In this document: positions 1 through 12,704 of the stretch, in pieces | Position numbering within the stretch: position 1 is the first letter of the stretch | How the letters are laid out: the number at the start of each line of letters is the position of its first letter | From: Octopus bimaculoides | Taxonomy: Eukaryota | Length of the DNA stretch: 64,000 nucleotides | Direction of reading: 5' to 3' | Assembly: GCF_001194135.2 (NCBI RefSeq) | Contig: NC_068993.1 | Span: forward strand, 21,592,163-21,656,162 | The notes under the pieces: generated by a model | What the model saw: the letters and a program-made list of their open reading frames with translations, nothing else | What the model was told of the DNA's origin: nothing | The model's database searches: none | Made by a program: the position numbers and the translations under genes

Positions 1-45
1 TATATATATACATATATATATATATATGTGCGTATATATATATAC

Positions 46-76
<31 letters not shown>

Positions 77-110
77 CATACACACACACACATATATGCA
101 TCGTACACAT
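1..110. repeat. (TA)n/(CA)n microsatellite
   Basis: Direct reading; the IYIY ORFs here are repeat artefacts. Confidence 0.97.
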
Positions 111-299
111 CGTAGCTTTTTATATTTTATATGTATATATGTATATTTTTACTTTTACATTCTTATTTATATTTATTTCGTATTTTTTACTTTTTCATAT
201 TTATATATAATTCTTATTTACCTTTGCAAATCACATGTACTTTTTTCTTATTTTATGAGCTACTCCCTCCGCGTCGGTCACCGGAGTGATATTTGATCA

Positions 300-470
300 C
301 TTTATAGAGTGTTCGAGCGTCGGTTTGGTGTCAGGAATGGGATAGCTTACCTCATGGGCAGGTAGAAGCTCTTTAACCTTGGTTGGTAATCTACCTAGGA
401 GAAGGAAATCTCCGAAATAAAACCTGAGGCCTCGGAAGTTCCTGGTTTTGTCAATTTCCATGTCACACCG
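300..470 (+). mobile_element. Possible RTE-type LINE 5' UTR fragment
   Basis: Motif ctaggagaaggaaatctccgaaataaaacct resembles the recalled RTE 5' UTR motif (ctaggagaaggaaaactctgaattcaaacc); no coding sequence follows. Confidence 0.35.
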
Positions 471-779
471 GCGAAAGTCTTCTTAGGCCAATAGGTGGGG
501 GTAGTGCAGTGCAAGCTACACCCACCGAAAATTATTAATCTGCACAGGTACTTCCTGTACTCCAAGTCTTGGTGAAATCTTTGAATTGGTTGGTTGGCAG
601 AAACCTAAAAATGCTGTTGTAACTTACTCTAAAATGCATGCATTTTTGTATGTATATTGTAATTATAAAGTATATGACTTCGGATGTACTTTATCATCAA
701 GTATGGGAGAGAAAATTGGGAACATCATACAAAGAAAATCTGAAGAAATAGTATAGAAATTGAACCGAGTAGAGAAAGG

Positions 780-2830
780 AAATCAATAATTGTACGTTTT
801 GGACGTGGATGGTCTTTTATCTACAGCAAGAATTGGAAGAGAAAGTATAAATGGAAAGAGTAAAAAGATTACGCCCTCTTAGATCTGTGATATAGCTGAG
901 TCACGGAGAAATATCGGAAGTTTTTGAACAAATTCTTGTTAAGCTTGTGGTGAGGTAATATACTTGATAAGTGCGGAGGAATTAATGAAAGTGAAGGCTA
1001 TGTAACATGCACAGGATGTGACGATGACGTGAAAAGAAGCATGAGAAATATATGTATATGTATGTGGTTGCATCAATGAATGGGGAGCAAATCTATAAAC
1101 AAAGCGTTTGCAAATGCGTGTGCGTAAGATGAGAATGTAATATATTTCTGTGAAGTGTGAAAGGCGTTACAGTGTAAAGTTATTGGTGTGATGAATGAGT
1201 TGAGATGACTGTATGAGAACATGGGTGGTGAATGTGGAGTGAATGTACGTGTATGTGTGTTGTGTGCGTGGGAGATATGTATCTATTGAACTAGAAACTG
1301 GTGCGAAGTACCTGTGCATGAGTAAATATTGAATTTAAATATATAAATGGAAATGTGTGTCGCTGTTTGAGAATTTTACGCTATATTCAAAGCGTAAATT
1401 TACGGCGGTTTCGTGTGGCTTTGGGGTGATGGATGGTGAAATGTATGTCAGCGTATCGGTGTAGAATTTTGGATTATGTGGCGTGCATTGCGTAAATTCA
1501 GCTTGTAAATACGGTTGTTTTAGAGAAAAGAAAGTCGATGGTCGATAACAACAGAAGTTACTGTGTTTAAGCAGAAACTTTGCGGTTGTTCGATACGAAA
1601 CCCAAGACAGGAATCAGGAGTAACTTAGTAGTGAATTATTACCAGCATCAGACACGCACACACACACACGCACGCACGCACGCACACACACACACATACA
1701 CACCCACACACACACATACACACACATACACACACACTCACACACACACACACTAATGATCTAGGCTGAGCGTGGTGAGGGTTAAAATTATCGAGTACGA
1801 AATATATAAGATTGCAGTATCAACTGGAGAACTTGAGTACTGATGCGATAATAAGTGGAAGGCATTGGTATCGTATTGGCGGGAACGTACTGGGAAATGT
1901 TGAGGTGACATAGAAGTTGAGGAAAGATAAGTACAGGCAATGAGAGCCGAGACGTGGCCAATGGCAAGGAGACGATGGGTTGCGTCTCGTTAACGGAATT
2001 ATGTAGTAGGAAGAAACGCACTATAAGATGTGGACTGGTCATCGATGAGAATCTCTCAGTTAGAGAAGTGGCGGACTGGGAGAAAGTTTGGGCACGGGAG
2101 GACATGTATAGTTTGAACGAGTAGGATGTAAAATCGACACCTTAAACGGAATCTGTTAGTCTGTAAAAAAAACAAAAAAAAAACTCAAGTGACGCAGTTG
2201 AGAGGGTCAATAGAACCCGCCTAACTCTCACTTACGAATCCATTTCCGTTACCCTGTTTGAGGACAGATTATGGTCCACATTCTACTAGCTTCATCTGAG
2301 TGACATACGTTCGTTATACCTGTGACTGAATCGTCACCAAAACTTTTACCTTCGAACAGTTCATCTTTTGTGTTTCATTTTTTATCTCTTCCAACTGAAC
2401 TTATCTTTTCCAACTGATTTTCAATCCTGCTTTCATTTCACCTCATCCCACCCTATTAATATCTAATTACAATTACTACACTGTATCACTCCCACTTCTG
2501 TAGCCGAATTTACACGAGCTTCTATTACCAAGAACTAGTCTATCGCGTAGTCCGCTTCTTCCAACGACGTAGTTACCCATACATGGACATCGAGGATACA
2601 TACAATACAAACGCCCTGGCCTAATGTCTTCTATGGCTATCTTGTAGCCAATCAGATGCCCACTTAAAGGAACGTTAGGAAACACCGGATTACTTAGATC
2701 AACTCGGCAAGTCTCTGCCCCACACCCACCGGCATAACGTTTCATGTATAATTACATGTCTTGATATTACATCTCTTTCGTAGCTTCGACTGTAATAAAC
2801 ATTAATACTCCATTTTACACCCTGACACAT
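780..2830 (-). mobile_element. Decayed CR1/L2-group LINE (APE endonuclease + RT remnants), interrupted by (CA)n at about 1655-1753
   Basis: Minus-strand motifs in the expected order across frameshifts. APE-like LIGYKIAIEDIRPG/GQGVCIV (about 2590-2660) and VDHNLS (about 2265); RT-like PSTYYRIS (about 1850), TSVVIDH (about 1560) and LHRYAD, a YADD remnant (about 1480). Confidence 0.68.
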
Positions 2831-3053
2831 TCTAGCATACACTACCAGCACGTCCACATGATATAAAGCATTGCATACACACTTGTAATAATATATCATC
2901 TTCATCATGAGCAAAATCACATATTCTCATGCGAACTCACACACATTTACATAAATGTTTTATATTTACTTCCTAAATGTTTTGCCTACTTTCAAATGTG
3001 CATGAATGCTTGCCATATACATTACTTTTCCTTTCTATATTTCCTACTCGTGT

Positions 3054-3139
3054 CTCAATTTTACATTTTATCACAGACTCAATTTTACATTTTATCACAG
3101 ACTCAATTTTACATTTTATCACAGACTCACTTTCACAGA
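3054..3139. repeat. 24-bp tandem repeat, 3 copies plus a partial copy
   Basis: ctcaattttacattttatcacaga at 3054, 3078 and 3102, then ctcactttcacaga; no spacers. Confidence 0.95.
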
Positions 3140-3542
3140 CACACACATTCTTACTCCACTATTTCATGTAACGGTCCAAGCATGTCATAGGTTTTGAATC
3201 GGTATCTAGTATTGCATCTGTCTTCTCCATTCTTCTCTTTTCGGATTTAAAAAGGGCTACTATTCGCAATGTGTACATATCCTACTCTTATTTGCGTCTC
3301 ATTAAGATACAAGAACTTTCTACAAGTTTTTAATATTTTTGATTTGCTTTTTTATACTTTATCAATAACCACACAAGCACTTACACAAGTTATCACTAGA
3401 ACTGATGTCTGTGCTACACCTCTTTATCTACCTCGTTTCACAAATAATTGCAAGGTGACAGTTATAGGCTAAATGTATATCTGCAAACTATAACTGCATA
3501 GTCCAAAGATTCCTATATAGAATAAATAAGCAATGGCCTTAC

Positions 3543-3674
3543 CTGAAATGTTTGACGTTATACCTCTGTCGAAGTTCTTCATTAATATGGGATTTATTTT
3601 CAACAGCCGTTGTTGAGTATAGAACCTGCCACTGCCATTTTGGGGAGTGTTACTCATGTCCTTTCTGATAGCAA
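3543..3674 (-). CDS. Candidate 132-nt exon of an unidentified host gene
   Basis: Acceptor tcattttgtag and consensus donor CAG|GTAAGG; length divisible by 3; open frame AIRKDMSNTPQNGSGRFYTQQRLLKINPILMKNFDRGITSNIS with ATG at 3657-3655. No protein family recognised. Confidence 0.35.
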
Positions 3675-3707
3675 CTACAAAATGAATTATATTATGTACA
3701 AAATACA

Positions 3708-3752
<45 letters not shown>

Positions 3753-6700
3753 GATTACTCTCCTATGTCTAGTCGTTGTGTGCCACTGATGTTATTATAT
3801 CCACAATCTATTACTAGGACAAATACAGTGTTGATGCCAATTACATTTTTCCATTTCGTTCTATTTTAAGTATGAACCAGGTGTGTCTCTATTATTCCAT
3901 CTTAAGGTTTTCTTTCATTTGTACACTTTCATTAGTACACTTAAAAACTGATATGGCCATCTTTGTCGTCATTCTGTGACCCCGTATATTGATTTAATGA
4001 TATTAGTGACTCAGTAAATTTCTAACTCATCAAAATTGGTTTGGAACATTTTGTTTATCTGATTCGTTTAGCAATTTTTCTGGGAAATTTCTGTTCTGTG
4101 TTTCTAACCATTTATACTTAAAGAAGCTTGAGCTGTACAAATAATAGATTGAGTAAAAAGAATCTTCTAGCAATATTTAATCATTCCATTTTATTTAGTA
4201 TTATTGTTATTATTATCATTATTAAGGCTTCTGTTCCCGATGTTGTTGTTGTTGTCGTCGTTGTCGTTGTTGTTGTTTTATCAATATATTTTTCCTCATT
4301 GCAAGAGACGCATTTTATCATGGCACTGTAAGTTTTTTTTTTAAATGTTGTTTGTTCGATCTGTAATTTACTATATTGAAACTTTGTCAATCTTGTTGCT
4401 AAATTGACATGAAGAAAAAGTGGGTGTAATCAAATTCCGTCAGGAACCAGGAAGGGGCCAATATTGTTAAACACGTCCTGTTTTGCAAATTATATTTTGA
4501 AAATATTCTAATAAAACAGCAGGTTTTGTTGTGGAAAAATAAAGGATGATTGCATTATTAGGACGAATGAGCGACACTGGGATGCAAACGCTGTCCTTCA
4601 CTCTCTTTCAGCTAAATTTTAATAATAAAACAATCCACTCCATTATTAACAACACTGCTGCCAGTGCTAAAAATATCAGTTCGAAAAGTCCCACAACTGC
4701 CGTAAAAAAAAACGACCTTGGCAATAACAATAACAACAACAGTAACTCTTCTTCGACCCCTGAAATTATAGCAATCACAACCTTCATGTAAGGTAGCATG
4801 AGCAGAAACACAAATGACATATATAACACCATTCAATATGACTACAGACACCAGTAACAGCAATTCTATAGGTTATAGAACGTTTTTTGAAAAATTGACA
4901 TGCTCCACTCGAACCACAAGAAAACGCAATTAGATTTCAGTAGAACAGAAGAAATTGTGAGAGACTGAAATGTTTCATCACGAAAGGGAGAGGGAGAGAG
5001 AGATGGAGAGAGAAAGAGAGAGAGAGAGAGAGGGAGAGAGACAGACTATTTGATCCTCTGGTAACAACTGCTAATGTCATTTTACCAATATTGACTGGGT
5101 TGTGTTGTGTTTCACTTCACTCGTGTCTGTGCCGCACGCTGTTCTGTGTTGATTCTTCACACAACGAGATTCTTTTCACCCGGGTGTTTTGTTTTAATTT
5201 TTCTGTGTGTTAGTATATTACATATTTTTCTGTGCATCTGTATGTTAGTACTTTTACATATTTTTCATTTCATATATTTTTGGGACAAATTCTTTGTTGA
5301 CCAGTGTTATTCTTATCGTAGTTTACAAATCCAAGTATGTAAACATTACTCAACTTTGGAGTTTTGGAGACAGACGCCCTCTTTTCACACACACACACAC
5401 GCACGCACTTATATCTCAATTATGTACACAAATACACGACAGGTATACATAATACTGAAATACGCATAAATTAAACACGTGCAGCCAAATATATTAATAT
5501 ATCAATTAAAAAAAGTTATAGAAACATACAATTAATGAAGAGACAAAAGAAACAGTAAGAAGACATATATTGATTTTATTAGGTATTTCTGTTTATTTAG
5601 AAGCCTATAATAAACAGGTGATTTCACAGACGCTAACTATAGATTTCACAGGGTACAACTTTGAATTTGACACCGCTCCGCTAAACGCAGAAAATTTTTG
5701 TCTCGCTATTGGCTAAAAATACACATTTTTTTTTTCGAATTTAAAAATCTCTGTAACTTTTACCTCCAATTTTTTCCTCTACAACATCAAACCTTCATAC
5801 TAATAAGAGTGGAAAACTACATTATTATAGCCAATTTTCAGATTTTTTACTTCATTTTAAAAAGTGCATATTTTGTGATTCAGTTTAATTAGATCCGCGA
5901 AAATTAATGTGTTGTTTATGGTAACGGCAGTTGTTGTTCTGGATATACCAACTGGTGTTCGCAAATCCCCAGTAGAGGAAAAATCATTTTGACTGTTTTC
6001 ACTATGTGGTTTATACTGTCGCTCTAGTTATGACTTTTGTTTATCGGTGGCTTTATTCGTGGTAGAAAGTATTGCTTTTGTCTCTGTCTCAATTTTCAAA
6101 AGTAGCTATGTGTTATTAGCAGTAACGGTGGTGGTCCTAAAGTATGCGTTTCAGTTGTTGTTGGTGTTGCTGTTTACTCTGTCAAATATGCCGATGATCG
6201 GAACGTCATCAATTGCACCGTCAAAGAAAGGAATGAAATTATTCTTTTTGAGGGGGTTGTCATCTCCAAATATATTCTCCCACCACTTCGCTCTCTATTT
6301 TCTCTCTTATTCTTATTTTCTCCCCTTCGTGCTCTCCCCGCTGCCCGCCTCGCTGAGACTCGTTGTCATATTCAACTTTCTCTTAATTATAATTTTGGAA
6401 GAAAGTTTGAAAGAGAAAACAAATCTTTTCACAAATTCCATTCTTAATCATTTCCTGCAAAAAACGAAGAAAAGAAAAGAGAGCAATAACTCAACATGAT
6501 AATTGGAAAACATATCCACGAAACGAGAAAAACTATGAATAATTATTCCAACGGCTATGCAGCGACAAGGAAAACGTGATGCAAAGACAATAACAATTTC
6601 TAATTTTAAGCTGAGCGAGTAGTCGTCACCAGCACTTCACTGCTTTAATTGACTTCAAAGTAAGGAAAGACCAAGTTGACCTTGCCGATATTTGAAATCT

Positions 6701-6931
6701 GAATGGGGACAAGATCGAAAGGATTTTTTTCCCAACCGTTTTTTTCTAACCGTTCTAAAGTTTTATGGAAAAGTGTAACTCACTGATTGGCACACCAAAG
6801 ATAAAGTACCATGAATTTTTTCAGTAGTGCGGCCCGCTTGGCAACGAACCATATTTCAAGCGACCGGCTTTTCAAAAAATGTTATCCAGGCCTCTTTTAA
6901 CAATCCGCAAGCGCGCCGCCCTAGAAAGAAG

Positions 6932-6970
6932 CTTAATAATATTCTCATTTTATCGAAGTAGCTGCAACAG

Positions 6971-7026
<56 letters not shown>

Positions 7027-7286
7027 AACACTGCTCCTGCTGGTCTTGCTACTGATAATGCTGCTGCTAAACCTGCTATTTCTATTACCACGACTGCTAC
7101 ATCAACTACTACTACTACTACTTGTAGTAGTAGTAGTAGTAGTTGATGTAGCAGTAGTGGTAATAGAAGCCGCAGGTTTAGCAGTAGCAGTGTGTTGTAG
7201 TAGTAGTAGTAGTAGTTGTAGTAGTAGTAGTAGTAGTAGTAGTAGTGATGTTGCAGCTACTTCGATAAAATGAGAATGTTATTAAG
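6932..7286. repeat. About 355-bp near-perfect palindrome built around (CTA)n/(TAG)n
   Basis: The left end cttaataatattctcattttatcgaagtagctgcaacagcac matches the reverse complement of the right end with 2 mismatches; the inner unique segments also pair; centre ctac-tt-gtag at 7122-7123. Confidence 0.95.
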
Positions 7287-7699
7287 TAGTAGGCGCCGAC
7301 TTCACTACTTTCAGTTCCGTGAAAGACGCATACTCATTTGGCACCACAGGTCGTTATGCAATTATTTACTATCTGTTTGATATCAAACTGACAATGACAA
7401 ATATTGAAGTAAATAAAAAAGTACAACAATTAAAAATTCAAGAAAATGATGCAATGCAGTCGTTGAAGATGTTTTGTAAAACGTGGAATTCCTTTCCTTG
7501 TATACGTTTCTATCGCATACAAACTTCGTGATGGAAAGCGAATAATGAATAGAACTGTTCTTCAGCATCTTCAGAATAGTTGATATAGTTAAACAAAAGT
7601 TAATGAACCAAAGGGAGAAAGAGAGCCGTTGACTTGTCAGAAATCTTCTCTTCCAATTCCCTAACTGGCGACCGAAAAGGAAGGCCGTTCTCTTAAACA

Positions 7700-7990
7700 A
7701 TACGCTATTGTGAGTGCCGATGCATGAAGGACTCTGCCGACGATGTTATTCCATACTTTCCGATCCTTGGTGCTGGCCTTAGCATGCGCGAAGTCGAGGC
7801 GCTGCGACTTGATATCTTCCTCAATTTGTTTCGCCCATTTCTCCTTAGGTACACTGCGCTGGATTCTCCAGTGCGTGGGTCGCTACTCTCACAAAAGGTG
7901 GTGTGCTAAATCTTCCAGTGTCCATTCTACATCCTGCATACAGGGCCAAATCCCTGTATCTTCAAAGATATGGCAGACTTGACCATTACG
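7700..7990 (-). mobile_element. RTE-clade LINE 3' coding fragment (pseudogenised)
   Basis: KIQGFGPVCRM*NG (consensus RLxWFGHVxRM), then PKEKWAKQIEEDIK...KDRKVWNNIV (consensus RPxxxWxxxIEEDLK...DRxxWRxxV). Confidence 0.75.
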
Positions 7991-8467
7991 TTTTTTTAGA
8001 TAAATATGTGTCTCGCTTCATATTATGAGTGACATCTTTTAAAATTGTAGATTGTGGCTTTAAGTAGCCACAATTTATAATTTTAAAAGATATCATCTCT
8101 CCTAATGTGAATCTTGACTCGCAATTTTATAATAAAGTATATAATGGTCAAGGCTGAAATATCGTTGAGGATAGGTAATTTCTGTGATTGCTGATGCTAA
8201 CCTTGGATTAATGAGAACATAAAAAAAATTATCCTAGATACATACTGACGGGAAATCAGTTATGAATTACTGCGATTATGCGCTATATCAGAATGTTTTA
8301 GTATATTCAATAGTAGATTTTTTACAAATTAAAGTGCAATTTTAAATTATCGAAAATTACTCACAAGAGTAATCAAACATTAGAGGTAAAATTATCTTAA
8401 CCGTAAGAAAAGATCTGAAAGAGTTTCTTCTTTACCTTAGCCAATGTTCAATACATGTTATATATAG

Positions 8468-8660
8468 ACAACATTTACATTCTTTACATTATTTACATTT
8501 GACGGATATTTGTCCTCATCTTGTTTGTTGTTAACACAACGTTAACACAACTTCAATTCCCACCATCCATACAGTGTAAAGTGAGGGATTGCTCAGTGTC
8601 TAAAACGTCGAGCACAGAATAAATGTAAATAATGTACATAATTTATCATCTCTTAAATAT
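8468..8660. mobile_element. Penelope-like element 3' end pieces in opposite orientations
   Basis: 8500-8543 is the reverse complement of aacgttgtgttaacaacaaacaagatgag seen at 35390-35420; a + strand aatgtaaataatgtacataat tail follows at about 8622-8660. Confidence 0.7.
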
Positions 8661-10445
8661 AGAACTATATGTAGACAAGTTAACCACGGGAAAATACTTT
8701 TGAGTAAATCCTGTTACTTTATCAATATCCATAACATGACAAAAAAAGCACAGCTAAAAACCAAAGAAGGTACGTTTAGTTCTTGAATATTCATATTACA
8801 AGTAAGTTGTTCTCTCTTATTTACAGGTGTTTAGTTTAAGCTAACGAAAGAAATTCGTGCTTTACAATAGGGTATTGCGTAGTCCCAGGGTAAAGTATCA
8901 TCTGGTACAACACTCTAACGCAAAACTTTAGAATTAACAATTCGTCATAATTACCTGTCGCATATCTTTATCATAGTCTACAGTAATTATCTGAAATACT
9001 ATATGAAAAATGAAGTAATGAATTTGAAACCAGACTGTACCGTTGCTTTCAGAATTGCGCCTTCCTGAATGAAAACTATATTTTCCAGGTTAGTTCCCAT
9101 TAGTTAAAAAACTAATAGAAGAAAATATAGTGACGCGAATTGAAATGATGCGCATAAGTGTTTGCTAAGGATATGAGTTTTAAAATCAAAACTTTTACTT
9201 CACACTATACTGTATAAATATTGTACACATGCATTATGTCTCTAACAATATTTCGTATACGCAATGAGTAGGTACCACATATATCATAATACAGCTAAGG
9301 TAGTTCGTGATCAAGTATTTTTATTGTCACAGTACTTTACATTAACAATAATCTTGGAATGTTGAATATCATTTCGAGGGAATGTATTGTGAAGTGTTCT
9401 TTTCAATGAGATATAATGCATTGGTGGTTTGAAATTTCATAAGAAACATTATAGTATAATCTTGGTTTCCTATCGCTTCTGTTCATAGAAACAGTAACTC
9501 CTTTCACGTAAGAACATATAAATGTATAAAAATGAAATTATGAAGGCCAAGCAATTATAGATTTCATTAAATAAAAGGTTTTGTTCACAGTTTTCTAAGA
9601 AATGATCGAGATAATAGAATCATAAAGAGAGACGAATCATAAGCCTTTGTAAGGTCTTTTATCTTGCCACGTGACCTTTCTGCAGAGGGACTTACGAAGA
9701 AAAGTTTAATAATTTGCCAACAGGTACGATTGAACTATTCTGCGGAATTATAACGATGTAATTTTATAAAATGGCTCTTAAACTTCTGAATTGGCATTTT
9801 TTAATTTCAAAGACAAACAGCAAAATAGGAAAGCCTTAATTCTCAAAGGATCACGATCACGTTACTTTCTTATTTATTCCCAAATACAATGAAATTCATG
9901 CACAAGAGTTTAAACATTCCATTGATAGTATTTACTCTTAATAATTATACTATTGACATATGTTCAAAACCGATAAATGTAATTCAATGATTAATATCAC
10001 TCAAATGTAGTTATTATCCATAAAAAAAAACGCATAAATTAATAACGGTATATGTACACCTTCGAAAAAATATGAGCAATAACAAATAACAAAACAAGGA
10101 TTCAAAGTTTTTGGCAGAAGTGTGAGTGAAAATTTCTTAGTATTATGAAATACTAAGCCCAGTTATGCTGGTATGTATTCTCATCAACTTCATATTACAA
10201 CATAAATTTTTATCCCTAACTTCATCATTTTTCAAAGCTATACATTTATTTTTCTCTTTTAAATATGTTGTATAAAAACCTGCACTAACTTTCACTGTGA
10301 AAAGCCTCAAACATCAGAAACGAACAAGAATATTGGCGAAAATCTTCCCATGTGTTCGCACTAACTAAACCAAGACGCATAAGGAAGCAAATTAACCTGA
10401 ATGTTTCATTTCATCCAAATTAAAAATTCTATTTAGAAAATGAGA

Positions 10446-10508
<63 letters not shown>
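10446..10508. repeat. (ATT)n microsatellite
   Basis: Direct reading. Confidence 0.97.
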
Positions 10509-10509
<1 letters not shown>

Positions 10510-11220
10510 AATTGATCTATTTTGTTTTTCTTTTCTTCAATGCAGGTGAGTGGGTTGTATATTCTCTTTGATTTAAACTATTTTCTATCAGTTACACTGA
10601 TAAGAGTATATATTCAGAATGCATTTTATCACCAGTGAGGATGCTAGTTATGAATTAAATGGACCATCTGTGAAACGTTTTAGCTAAATTTCATGTTTAA
10701 TGACGTTCGTTGCGGTGTTGTGGTGATATATCTCTGACATTGTGATATTCATTATATTTCCCTAATGCTGTCACAAATAATATCCCGTCATAATGAAATT
10801 TACTGCAGTTTACCATCAAACCTTTTTCAATTAAATATTCAGTTATTTCTGTTTGTTTTTAGCTGTTTCAATCATCACAACTGTTGTGTAGGGATTGCAT
10901 CGATGAATAAATATATTCCACAAATTATCAGCTGTAAACCAATAAAATTTCGATGCGTTGTGTAATCTGCTTTACATGAATTCAAGCTAATTATTATCTT
11001 GCAAATATTTCTAAATAGATTGATATATACCAACGATAGTCAGATATAGCCATGGTTTTCTGTATTTTTTCACTATATGTGTATGAACGTGTGCATAAAT
11101 CTACATGAATGTCTATTTGTATTTTATATTAAAATATATGGGTTTGACTAAGCATATTACAGTGGTGCAGACATATACACTGTATGGCTGAAATACAGAC
11201 GATGCACCTTACTTCATTCT

Positions 11221-11640
11221 TGCGTGTCTGTTTGGCAGGAAGCTCGCTTCCTAACCGCATGGGTCTCGGTTCAGTTCCATTGCATGGCAACTTGGGCAAG
11301 AGTCTTCTATAATATCCAAGCGACAACGAAAGCCTTGCGAGTGGATTTGGTAGCGGGAAACTGAAAGACACCCGTCATATTTATGTATATATATGTGAGT
11401 GTGTGTGTTTTTATGCGTGTGTGCGCGATTTTGTGTCGTTGTCCCCACACCATCGCTTAACAACTGATGTTTGTGTTTACATACACGTAACTTAGCGATT
11501 CGGCAAAAAGGGACAATAGAATAAGTATGAGGCTTACAAAGAATAAATCTTGGGATCGATTCCTTCGACTAAAAAACCTTTAGGGCGGTGCTGCAGCATG
11601 GACATAGTCAAAATGGCTGAAATAATTAAAAGAATGAAAT
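11221..11640 (+). mobile_element. tRNA-derived SINE, family A (about 420 bp, internal TA/TG tract)
   Basis: Head with degenerate B box (ggttcagttcc); body aaagccttgcgagtggatttggtagcgggaaactgaaag...aacttagcgattcggcaaaa...ggcggtgctgcagcatgg, shared with the copies at about 29.1 and 33.2 kb. Confidence 0.85.
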
Positions 11641-11650
11641 AACAGTATAT

Positions 11651-11699
<49 letters not shown>

Positions 11700-11750
11700 N
11701 NNNNNNNNNGAGAGAGAGAGAGAGACACACAGAGAGAGAGAGAGAGAGAG

Positions 11751-11791
<41 letters not shown>

Positions 11792-11829
11792 CATATATAT
11801 ATATATAAGAGTGTCTAAGGATGCAAGGC

Positions 11830-12470
11830 CAAACGGGCGCAGACTATGAAGAGCTCATTAGGCTCACTCGAATACTCTCTCAACTCAGAATGATTGGCGA
11901 ACCCCAGAGAAAATTTTAAAAAGTGATTCTCAGGGATACCCACAATGGCAAACTCAGAGGCTAAGCCCTCGGTGCCACCTCAAACGCCAGTAGAATTGAA
12001 TGTTCAGGAAACAAGCTTAGCATCAACTGTCCATTATGCAAGGAAATAGAAGAGGTGAGGTAAAAGCAGATCCGGATCAGCGCCTCGCCCAAGAGAGGTA
12101 TACCTTATAAAGCAACCAAGAAATGGTTGTTGCTCCTTCGGAGGCTGTGGACGCTGTCCGAAATATCTGGACAACGGGGAATATTCCATCAGGCTGGAAG
12201 TAGGCAGAAGGATGTTTCGTACCAGAAGAAGGGAATTCCTCAGCTATAAACCAATTCTTAACTATCTCACTTGAGAGGGAAATCTTTTCAATATTGGCCA
12301 AAAGCATGATCTCGTATTAACTGAAAATGGATACATAAATAGCTTTGTCTAGAGAGCCAGGGTTCTAAATTTCTGGGGATATCCGGAATACGCCGGACTT
12401 CTCAACCAGATGATCTGGGAGACCAACAGAAACAAAGGCGACTTCACAGTGGATCAACTAGTTCTGACAA
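11830..12470 (+). mobile_element. Hero-like (RLE-type) non-LTR RT fragment, frameshifted
   Basis: IWTTGNIPSGWK*AEGCFVPEEGNSSAINQFLTISL...ENGYIN...LLNQMIWETNRNKGDFTV matches recalled Hero RT motifs (AEGVWIPKEENS..QFRTISL; QLIREARENKGDLAV). Confidence 0.75.
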
Positions 12471-12484
12471 GTAGATGCAGATCA

Positions 12485-12704
12485 TCCTTACTCCACGCCA
12501 CCGATGTCATCTAAGGGAAAGCCAAAAGCCAATACAGCTTGGCACCAGTGACGTCGCAATTCATTTCTACAACTGAGTGAACTGGAGCAACGTGAAATAA
12601 AGTATCTTGCTCATGAACATTACACGCAGCCTGGTACAGGAATCGAACTCACAACCTCACGATTATAAGTTCGACGTTCTGACCACTAAGCCATGCACCT
12701 TCAC
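12485..12704 (-). mobile_element. tRNA-derived SINE, family C
   Basis: Minus strand: A box tggcttagtgg, B box gagttcgattcc, then gagcaagatactttatttcacgttgctccagttcactcag core. Confidence 0.8.

Noticed and set aside
2476-2745. 89-aa ORF as a host exon or Penelope GIY-YIG
   Set aside because: Adjacent frames give collinear APE endonuclease motifs upstream of RT remnants, so a CR1-group LINE explains it better.
3054-3139. 24-bp repeats as a CRISPR array
   Set aside because: The copies are contiguous with no spacers, there are no cas genes, and the context is eukaryotic.
4546-4791. 81-aa N/S/T-rich ORF with a possible donor at 4788
   Set aside because: It is low-complexity (AAC-derived) with no recognisable homology or partner exon; I cannot support it without RNA data.
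6047-6499. 150-aa hydrophobic ORF as a membrane protein
   Set aside because: T-rich compositional bias explains the L/F/V content; it has a non-ATG start and no family motif.
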